From Bacteroidales bacterium (GTDB lineage Bacteria; Bacteroidota; Bacteroidia; Bacteroidales; UBA1402): a DNA stretch of 29,241 bases. The notes under the pieces were generated by a model, which saw nothing but the letters and a program-made list of their open reading frames with translations, was not told the origin of the DNA and ran no database searches. A program made the position numbers and the translations under genes. Of this stretch, positions 18,524 to 25,084 are shown one piece after another. Positions within the stretch are counted from its first letter, which is position 1. The number at the start of each line of letters is the position of its first letter. Location: positions 1 to 29,241 of the forward strand of contig JAAZGQ010000011.1 of assembly GCA_012511135.1 (NCBI GenBank). The letters are read 5' to 3'.

Positions 18524-19204
18524 ATGAGTCCCGAAACACTCAGGAACTGGATAGAACACCCCGAATTGATGGATCGTCACAGTCAGAACGATCTCAGAAT
18601 ACTTATGCGAAACTACCCCTGTTTTGCAGGAGCTCAGGTTTTGCTGCTTAAATTGATGGAGCAGGAGAACGACTTGAATTTTTCGGAGGAATTGTTCAAA
18701 ACCTCTTTGATGGTTCCCAACAGAAAGGCCTTGTATTATTTCATGAAAGAGTTGCCATATCCGCCGGAAGCTGACAACTCAACAGATCAGTCAGATTTTG
18801 GCCTGGTCGACCAATTCCTGGAAGACTATAGCGGTGACAGGGAGGAAATTAAAACCGAAATGCCCGATTATTTTCAATTGAGTGCCTACCTGCCCGGTCA
18901 AATCAGCAGCCAGAGCGAAAAACAAACGGAGCCGGATCTGATTGATAAATTCCTTGATAAACCTGCAGAACATATTCAGATAGATAAAACTGAGGAGGAA
19001 CAAAGTCCGGAAACAAGCCCGGCTGATGAATATCCGGAATCCTCTTTTACCGAAACCCTGGCCAAAATCTACCTGAAACAGGGGAAATATGAAAAAGCTC
19101 TTGAAATATTCAACAAATTGTTATTGAAATATCCGGAAAAAAGTATTTACTTTGCAGACCAAATTCGATTTTTGGATAAATTGATTCATCATTTAAAAAA
19201 ATAA
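18524..19204 (+). CDS. Conserved protein with a C-terminal TPR
   Basis: C-terminal FTETLAKIYLKQGKYEKALEIFNKLLLKYPEKSIYFADQIRFL, typical of the gene preceding secG in Bacteroidota. Confidence 0.7.
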   Translation: MSPETLRNWIEHPELMDRHSQNDLRILMRNYPCFAGAQVLLLKLMEQENDLNFSEELFKTSLMVPNRKALYYFMKELPYPPEADNSTDQSDFGLVDQFLEDYSGDREEIKTEMPDYFQLSAYLPGQISSQSEKQTEPDLIDKFLDKPAEHIQIDKTEEEQSPETSPADEYPESSFTETLAKIYLKQGKYEKALEIFNKLLLKYPEKSIYFADQIRFLDKLIHHLKK

Positions 19205-19209
19205 GCAAC

Positions 19210-19533
19210 ATGTACCTGGCCATCACTATTTTAATCTTTATTGTAGCCATAGTTCTCATTCTTATCGTTCTGGTTCAAAACTCCAAAGGAGGCGGTTTGG
19301 CTTCGGGTTTTTCCTCTTCCAATCAGGTGATGGGAGTGCGTAAGACGACCGACTTTTTGGAAAAGGCAACCTGGACTCTGGTTGGCATAGTCCTTTTAGG
19401 CAGTATTCTTTCGGCAGCATTCATTGATCGCAACTATGGCAACGAAAGGCAGTCAGCTCTTAAAGAACAGGTAGAACAAGCCGTTGAAATGAATCCCAAT
19501 CTGACAGCTCCGAGTTTTGAGGATGAAGAATAA
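19210..19533 (+). CDS. secG: Preprotein translocase subunit SecG
   Basis: Two transmembrane helices joined by VLVQNSKGGGLASGF...GVRKTTDFLEKATW. Confidence 0.93.
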   Translation: MYLAITILIFIVAIVLILIVLVQNSKGGGLASGFSSSNQVMGVRKTTDFLEKATWTLVGIVLLGSILSAAFIDRNYGNERQSALKEQVEQAVEMNPNLTAPSFEDEE

Positions 19534-19557
19534 GTGCCGGCTAATATAACATATATA

Positions 19558-19592
19558 AAAGGGGCGTCATCCTTAGGCTGGCTCCCTTTTTT
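19558..19592 (+). terminator. Imperfect terminator hairpin after secG
   Basis: AAAGGGG(C)GTCA...TGGCTCCCTTT stem followed by a T tract. Confidence 0.5.
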
Positions 19593-19595
19593 GTT

Positions 19596-19603
19596 TATTT
19601 TTG
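19596..19603 (+). promoter_or_regulatory. -7 promoter element for the btuF/btuC-like pair
   Basis: TATTTTTG followed by CA, 12 nt before ATG 19616. Confidence 0.55.
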
Positions 19604-19615
19604 CAGCCTGCAGAT

Positions 19616-20755
19616 ATGAAGAAGCTTGTATTTATCCTTTTAACTCTCCTTTTGTTGAACTCCTGTGGCCATCGGGGTTCCAGGCAGTCTGCGCACTTCG
19701 GTGAAAAGCCTGATTCCATTATGTCACTGCATTATGCACGTGGTTTCGAAATTGGCTATTTTGATGGCTATACCAGAGTTTTGGTGTATAATCCCTGGGC
19801 TGAGAATGAAATCATGGCCCGTTACTATCTTTACAGGGAAGACAGCAGTCTGTTACCCAAAGACGGCTACCATGTCCGTATTCCACTAAGTTCCCTGGCC
19901 ATAGCTTCCTGTACTCATGTAGCTTTTTTGGATCTGCTTGATGAACTGGATTTACTCCGGGGAGTCTGCAATGCCTCCATGGTCTATAATCCCGTTTTGA
20001 GGCAGTCTATCAATGAGGGGCAAGTGGCAGATTTGGGTGATGCCTTCCGCATTAAACGCGAAATTCTCTTGCAAATACGCCCTCAGGCACTAATGGCCAG
20101 CGGCTATAATCAATACGACGAGCATTTGCAGGCCATATCCCAAGCCGGTGTTTCTATTCTTTACAACAACGAATGGATGGAGCAAAATTTGCTGGCCAGA
20201 GCAGAATGGCTGCGTTTTGTGGCTTGTTTTCTGGATAAAGACAGACTGGCCGATTCGCTTTTCAGGCAGACCGAAGCTAATTACTTGCGCTTAAAAGAAT
20301 TAGCTTCTTCTGCAGCGGGTTCTGCTCCTGTGGTCATGTCGGGCGATAATTTCAGGGGCAGTTGGTATATGCCGGGAGGCCGGAGTCATCAGGCTCAACT
20401 GTTCCGGGATGCAGGAGCCTCTTATTTTTTTGAAAATGACAGCACAACCGGCAGTATTGCCCTTGGTTTTGAACAAGTTGTCCGGGATTTTAATCAAGCT
20501 GACATCTGGATAGGGGCCAGCAATGCCACCGATCTGAATGCTTTGTTGGCTATGGATGAGCGCTATGTCTGGTTCAAGTCTGTAAAAAATAAACAGGTTT
20601 ATTCCTACCAGGGTCGTATGACAGCCGATGGAGCTAACGATTACTGGGAAAGTGCCGTGGTCCGTCCGGATTCATTATTGGCCGACTTTATTAAATTATT
20701 TCATCCTGAGCTTCTACCCGGGCATGAATGGATCTATATAAATCAATTGCCATGA
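19616..20755 (+). CDS. Cobalamin/iron-chelate ABC transporter substrate-binding lipoprotein (BtuF-like)
   Basis: Lipobox LLNSC from ATG 19616; IASCTHVAFL, NEWMEQNLLARAEWLRF and ANDYWESAVVRPDSLLADFI motifs. Confidence 0.82.
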   Translation: MKKLVFILLTLLLLNSCGHRGSRQSAHFGEKPDSIMSLHYARGFEIGYFDGYTRVLVYNPWAENEIMARYYLYREDSSLLPKDGYHVRIPLSSLAIASCTHVAFLDLLDELDLLRGVCNASMVYNPVLRQSINEGQVADLGDAFRIKREILLQIRPQALMASGYNQYDEHLQAISQAGVSILYNNEWMEQNLLARAEWLRFVACFLDKDRLADSLFRQTEANYLRLKELASSAAGSAPVVMSGDNFRGSWYMPGGRSHQAQLFRDAGASYFFENDSTTGSIALGFEQVVRDFNQADIWIGASNATDLNALLAMDERYVWFKSVKNKQVYSYQGRMTADGANDYWESAVVRPDSLLADFIKLFHPELLPGHEWIYINQLP

Positions 20756-21756
20756 AATCCAGGGCTACTGCATTTGTATTTTTAGTTGTTTTGCTTTTGA
20801 TACTGGCTGTTGCTGATTTATATTGGGGCAGTATTGCTATTCCCTTCAGAGAAATTCTGGCGGCTTTTGATTCCGGGACCAATACAAGCGTACTTGGCGA
20901 AATAGTGTTGAATTATCGCTTGCCGAAATTACTCACTGCTATCGTGGCTGGTTCAGCTCTGTCGGTATCTGGGCTTATGATGCAAACCTTATTCCGTAAC
21001 CCTCTGGCCGGGCCTGATGTCTTGGGAGTGAATGCCGGAGCCAGTTTGGGAGTGGCGTTGTTGACTATGTTTGGTTCTGCTATGGGTGGTTTTGCTTTGG
21101 GAATGGGCTCCTGGGGACTGATTGTAGCGGCAATAACAGGAGCCTTGCTGGTCTTGCTGCTGGTGCTTTTTGTCTCTGCCCGTATCCCCGATTTGGTTTC
21201 ACTGCTCATAGTTGGTATGATGTTCGGCAACATTTCTGCAGCTGTAGTCAGCATGCTGCAAAGCGTAACTAATCCCGATTTGCTAAAAATCTTTGTAGTA
21301 TGGACTTTTGGCAGTTTAAGTGCTGTTACCTGGTCTATGATGCCGGTTCTGGTGCTGCTGGTATTTATTGGCCTGATAATGGCTTATTTGATGCAGAAAA
21401 ACATGAATGCCATGTTGTTGGGAGAACGTTACGCCCAGGGCCTTGGAATTCCGCTTAAAGCCATGAGGTTTACCATGATTCTGTCGACGGCTCTTTTAGC
21501 GGGCAGTGTTACGGCCTTTGCCGGCCCTATTGCCTTTATTGGTATAACCGTACCTCACATAGCCCGGGGCTTGTTCAAAACCTGGGATCATAAAGTCTTG
21601 CTGCCTGCCGTAATGCTTTGTGGTTCTATATTGTTGATAGCCTGCGACCTGATTGCCCTATCAGCCATCTTCAACAACAGCCTGCCTATCAATGCCGTAA
21701 CTGCTCTGGTCGGCGCTCCCTTGATTATTTGGATTATATTAAAGAACAACAAGTAA
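20752..21756 (+). CDS. FecCD/BtuC-family ABC permease
   Basis: YRLPKLLTAIVAGSALSVSGLMMQTLFRNPLAGPDVLG and GPIAFIGITVPHIAR motifs. ATGA overlap with the upstream stop. Confidence 0.9.
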   Translation: MKSRATAFVFLVVLLLILAVADLYWGSIAIPFREILAAFDSGTNTSVLGEIVLNYRLPKLLTAIVAGSALSVSGLMMQTLFRNPLAGPDVLGVNAGASLGVALLTMFGSAMGGFALGMGSWGLIVAAITGALLVLLLVLFVSARIPDLVSLLIVGMMFGNISAAVVSMLQSVTNPDLLKIFVVWTFGSLSAVTWSMMPVLVLLVFIGLIMAYLMQKNMNAMLLGERYAQGLGIPLKAMRFTMILSTALLAGSVTAFAGPIAFIGITVPHIARGLFKTWDHKVLLPAVMLCGSILLIACDLIALSAIFNNSLPINAVTALVGAPLIIWIILKNNK

Positions 21757-22528
21757 GGATATACTCCTCTTTAATAAAATAATCGACGTTAAAGCCTAAT
21801 TGTTCCGGGAAATAACAGGCACTAAGCCTGCCTTGCTTATTCTGAAGGAAATTTTCGGAAAAAGAATTGGAATTGTCTCCCATTACGGGGTTTTCTCCTT
21901 TAAGATAATTGTCTACCATTACGGGGTTTTCTCCTTTAAAGTAATTGTCTCCCATTATAGAGCTTTCTCCTTTAAAGTAATTGTCCTCCCTGTTTATTTC
22001 GCAGAAATCTACTCGCAAATCCTGCTTAAAATCAAGGCCGGGAATATCCAGTGCTTTGAACATAGCTTCTTTGGCACACCAATGGATGTACAATGCACAT
22101 AGCTCGGCCCGGGCAGAATAAGTTTGTTTTGAGAGAACTTTGCTGAGTTTGAGTTCTTCTTCCTCGTTCATAAACCGGGATCGGATTCTAAGTATACGAT
22201 CCGAGTATTCTTCCAGATCTATGCCTACAGAAGCTTGTCCACTTACAATGAATGCAGCATAATTCCTTGAATGACTTATGCTTATATACGTTTCGGGCAC
22301 AGCCTTGATTATGGGCTTGCCCGAAACAGTATAAACGATGTCTGATGGATTTATTCCCATGGCCTGAGCCAATTTTCGTACGGAAACGAATTCCAGCTTT
22401 CTTTGTGCTGCTTTGAATTCCGGAACAGGAAAATCCGGCTGCTCAGTATTGTAGCCTTCCTGTTCTGTGTCCATTTTCCAGACACCATAGCGATAAGTGT
22501 CCAAATCTCCTGTATAAACCAGGCTCAT
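21734..22528 (-). CDS. 4'-phosphopantetheinyl transferase (Sfp/EntD-like) with an internal repeat insertion
   Basis: ISISHS, VGIDLE and WCAKEAMFKA motifs. Confidence 0.85.
   Translation of the reverse strand: MSLVYTGDLDTYRYGVWKMDTEQEGYNTEQPDFPVPEFKAAQRKLEFVSVRKLAQAMGINPSDIVYTVSGKPIIKAVPETYISISHSRNYAAFIVSGQASVGIDLEEYSDRILRIRSRFMNEEEELKLSKVLSKQTYSARAELCALYIHWCAKEAMFKALDIPGLDFKQDLRVDFCEINREDNYFKGESSIMGDNYFKGENPVMVDNYLKGENPVMGDNSNSFSENFLQNKQGRLSACYFPEQLGFNVDYFIKEEYILTCCSLI
21871..21985. repeat. 36-bp tandem repeat, 3 full copies plus 7 nt, in frame within the PPTase
   Basis: Units start at 21871, 21907 and 21943 (AATTGTCT(C/A)CCATTA...TTTCTCCTTTAA(G/A)(A/G)T) with a partial copy at 21979. Encodes DNY(F/L)KGE(SSI/NPV)M(G/V). 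Confidence 0.95.
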
Positions 22529-22542
22529 GCCAAAAAGTTCAA

Positions 22543-23025
22543 TTAAAACGGAAGATCGTCTGCATCGTCGGCCGGAGTGTTTTGCTCTGATTCAACACGG
22601 GGAGCTGATTCCTGTATTGGATTTGCAGCTCCGGGATCAGGCGATCCGCTGTCTGTCTGAGCAGGGCGGTTGTCCTCAGCCTGATTTTGCTGACGACGTC
22701 CCAGCAGTTCGATATTTTCGGCTACGACTTCTGTAGTGTAACGGGTCTGGCCGTTTTTGTCTTCCCAGGTACGATAGGTGATTTTACCCTCCACATAAAG
22801 CTGAGAACCTTTGTGAATGTATTTTTCGGCCAGTTCGGCCAAGCCTCTCCAGGCCACAACGTTGTGCCATTCTGCCCTTTCGGGAACCACCGTCCCGTTG
22901 GCCAGTGTGTAACCTCTTTCCGTAGTAGCCAGTGAAAATCTGGCCACCGAGACACCATTATCCAGATAACGGACATCGGGATCTTTACCGACATTGCCCA
23001 GAAGAATAATCTTGTTAATTGACAT
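22543..23025 (-). CDS. ssb: Single-stranded DNA-binding protein
   Basis: INKIILLGNVGKDP, EWHNVVAW, KGSQLYVEGKI motifs and the acidic DDLPF tail. Confidence 0.97.
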   Translation of the reverse strand: MSINKIILLGNVGKDPDVRYLDNGVSVARFSLATTERGYTLANGTVVPERAEWHNVVAWRGLAELAEKYIHKGSQLYVEGKITYRTWEDKNGQTRYTTEVVAENIELLGRRQQNQAEDNRPAQTDSGSPDPGAANPIQESAPRVESEQNTPADDADDLPF

Positions 23026-23087
23026 AATTGTTAGATTTTAAGTGTGTTTTACATTTTCATTTCTTGAACGAATTTTCAATTCGAGTC

Positions 23088-23119
23088 CAAAAATAACAGT
23101 AAAATGCGGTAAAAACAAA
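23088..23119 (-). promoter_or_regulatory. Full-consensus Bacteroidota promoter for ssb
   Basis: Minus strand reads TTTG (23119-23116), 20 nt, then TATTTTTG (23095-23088), i.e. TTTG-N20-TAnnTTTG. Confidence 0.75.
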
Positions 23120-23143
23120 TGAAAAATTATTATTAAACTAATA

Positions 23144-24307
23144 TTAACGAATAATCCTGTTGGAATTAAAATCAAGTTCATTTAGATGATTTTCAAGGTA
23201 AATTTCAGTAAGTCGTGATACCGCCAGTTTATCAATATTGCGTAATTCAAGTTTGGTCCACTCAGGAGGCAGAGTCTTAAGATCTTCAGGAATCAGCACC
23301 GTGAAGAAACGGGCTTGAATATGCTGATGAGACAAGATATGATTAAAATTGTGTACTGAGCTGAGTGAAGCCTTATTATTCAAATAATCAGCAGATTCAG
23401 ATCCATCAGACAGCAACTCTGTCCGGTCAGAGTGTTCAGACCTGTTAGAAAGAAGTTCGGGCAGAGTTGTCATCATTGCCGGCCATTCAAGCAGTGCTGT
23501 GGTTTCGAACAAAGGAAATTCCCAGAGATTTTGCCAAATATCTTTGTTTTTGCGCTGTTGCAACCAGGTATGGCGGCCGTCGCTCAGGCAGAGATAGTTG
23601 AAGCAACGTTTCTTTCGGATGAGGGAAGGTTTGCGTACAGGCCTTTTATCTACCAGCCCCAGAGAACTGGCAAGACAAAGTTCCCTAAGCGGACAATTTA
23701 TGCAATCGGGCTGTCCGGGTTTGCACTGCAAGGCACCAAATTCCATCATGGCCTGATTGTGTCGGGCCGGATTCTCTTTGTCGAGCAAAGCCCAGGCAAG
23801 TTCATTGAACAGAGTTTCTGCCTGGCTGCTGTAAATGGCCAGATCAACATTAAAAATTCTGGACAGAACACGAATTACATTCCCGTCTACTACCGGATAA
23901 GCCTGATCGTAGGAAAAAGAAGCAATGGCTGCCGCCGTATACGGGCCAATGCCTTTTAATCGGAGCAGAGATTTGTAATCCCCGGGAAAGACTCCTTTGT
24001 GTACAGAGACTATTTCGGAGGCTGTTTTGTACATGTTGCGGGCACGGCTATAATAACCCAGTCCCTGCCAAAGTTTTAGCACTTCGTCTTCTCCGGCTCG
24101 TGCCAGCGAAAAAACATCAGGATAGCTCGAGATGAATCGAAGGTAATAAGAAAGTCCTTGATCTACACGGGTTTGCTGCAGTATTATTTCTGATAGCCAA
24201 ATTTTGTAAGGATCACGGGTCTGGCGCCAGGGCAAATCCCTTTTATGTTGTTCGTACCAGTCGGCTATGATCAGGCTGATACGTTTTTCGTTTTGTTCAG
24301 TATTCAT
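23144..24307 (-). CDS. mutY: A/G-specific adenine glycosylase
   Basis: WLSEIILQQT, WQGLGYYSRARN, HhH (LKGIGPYTAAAIAS), VVDGNVIRV and the FeS motif CxxxxxxCxxCxxxxxC. Start chosen at 24307; an alternative ATG is at 24343. Confidence 0.95.
   Translation of the reverse strand: MNTEQNEKRISLIIADWYEQHKRDLPWRQTRDPYKIWLSEIILQQTRVDQGLSYYLRFISSYPDVFSLARAGEDEVLKLWQGLGYYSRARNMYKTASEIVSVHKGVFPGDYKSLLRLKGIGPYTAAAIASFSYDQAYPVVDGNVIRVLSRIFNVDLAIYSSQAETLFNELAWALLDKENPARHNQAMMEFGALQCKPGQPDCINCPLRELCLASSLGLVDKRPVRKPSLIRKKRCFNYLCLSDGRHTWLQQRKNKDIWQNLWEFPLFETTALLEWPAMMTTLPELLSNRSEHSDRTELLSDGSESADYLNNKASLSSVHNFNHILSHQHIQARFFTVLIPEDLKTLPPEWTKLELRNIDKLAVSRLTEIYLENHLNELDFNSNRIIR
23388..23465. repeat. Degenerate 39-bp in-frame duplication in the mutY C-terminal domain
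   Basis: Protein reads ELLSNRSEHSD-RT-ELLSDGSESAD (13-aa period). DNA units begin TCAG at 23388 and 23427 and share TCAGA...AGA. Confidence 0.5.
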
Positions 24308-24464
24308 GCTGCAAAGTAAAGAAAAAGCCTGATTATTGGACATAAATCAGCAATAATCAACTCAAAGTGTAAAGAAAACCAAAGTCAGTCCAAAAAATCT
24401 TTCTATTGGAAAAGAAAATAGAGATTTTTTTTTTGAAAGATTTTTTTTGTAGAATATAAAGCTA

Positions 24465-24472
24465 TATATTTG
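24465..24472 (+). promoter_or_regulatory. -7 promoter element for hup-bS22-rng
   Basis: TATATTTG followed by CA, preceded by T tracts. Confidence 0.7.
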
Positions 24473-24533
24473 CAAGCCAAAAATATAGGAAACTCACGAT
24501 TTATTCATTGTATAATTTTTAATCCTTATCAAA

Positions 24534-24812
24534 ATGACAAAAGCTGATATCGTTAACGAAATTGCAAAAAGGACCGGCGCAGAAAAGGCTGTTGTTCTTT
24601 CAAGCGTTGAAACATTTATGGAAGTAGTCAAGGAATCCCTTGTAAGTGGTGAAAATGTTTATTTGAGAGGCTTTGGCAGCTTTATTATCAAGAAAAGAGC
24701 CGAAAAGACAGCCAGAAACATCTCAAAAAATACTACCATCATCATCCCTGCTCACAATATCCCTTCTTTTAAGCCGGCCAAGTCTTTCCTGAGTGAGGTA
24801 AAAGAGAAGTAA
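24534..24812 (+). CDS. hup: DNA-binding protein HU
   Basis: MTKADIVNEIA, VYLRGFGSF, ARNISK and PSFKPAK motifs. Confidence 0.95.
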   Translation: MTKADIVNEIAKRTGAEKAVVLSSVETFMEVVKESLVSGENVYLRGFGSFIIKKRAEKTARNISKNTTIIIPAHNIPSFKPAKSFLSEVKEK

Positions 24813-24839
24813 TTTACACTTAAATAAATATATACACCA

Positions 24840-24929
24840 ATGCCTAGCGGAAAAAAAAGAAAAGGACACAAAATGTCCACTCATAAGCGTAAAAAAAGAT
24901 TGAGAAAAAACAGACATAAGAAGAAATGA
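24840..24929 (+). CDS. Small ribosomal protein bS22 (AURKAIP1/COX24/mS38-type), 29 aa, absent from the ORF track
   Basis: Hand translation: MPSGKKRKGHKMSTHKRKKRLRKNRHKKK*. Matches the family pattern MPSGKKRKxHKxxTHKRKKR...NRHKKK. Confidence 0.88.
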   Translation: MPSGKKRKGHKMSTHKRKKRLRKNRHKKK

Positions 24930-24949
24930 TTTTCTGAATCTGAATTAAC

Positions 24950-25000
24950 AAAGAGAACAAACTTCAAGCTGCATTCAGTCTTCAAGTTTGTTCTTCTTTT
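24950..25000 (+). terminator. Long hairpin plus T tract between bS22 and rng
   Basis: AGAACAAACTT (24954-24964) pairs perfectly with AAGTTTGTTCT (24984-24994). Inner stem AAG-CTG/CAG-CTT; ends in TCTTTT. Confidence 0.6.
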
Positions 25001-25084
25001 AAATGGCCGGAGTTTAGAATCATCTTCCTTAGATTCCGGTTGTAGGTTTAACAACTAATTATTCTCATAGTAAATAACAAACAA

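Noticed and set aside
19534-19615. Cobalamin riboswitch ahead of the btuF-like gene
   Set aside because: The spacer is only about 80 nt, is taken up by a terminator and a promoter, and lacks B12-box motifs.
21871-21985. 36-bp repeats as a CRISPR array
   Set aside because: The units abut with no spacers, keep the reading frame of a coding gene, and no cas genes are nearby.
23054-23125. 9-bp inverted repeat (TTTTCATTT / AAATGAAAA) around the ssb promoter as an inverton
   Set aside because: Too short and low-complexity for a very AT-rich spacer.
23432-23959. Long opposite-strand ORFs in the track (e.g. 1348-1971, 3894-4334, 5610-6062, 11865-12299, 23432-23959)
   Set aside because: They are shadows of well-supported genes on the other strand, with no recognisable motifs.
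3438-24343. ORF-track starts at 3438, 6114, 7114, 19601, 20728 and 24343
   Set aside because: Downstream ATGs (3486, 6144, 7132, 19616, 20752, 24307) fit signal peptides, promoter positions or stop/start coupling better.
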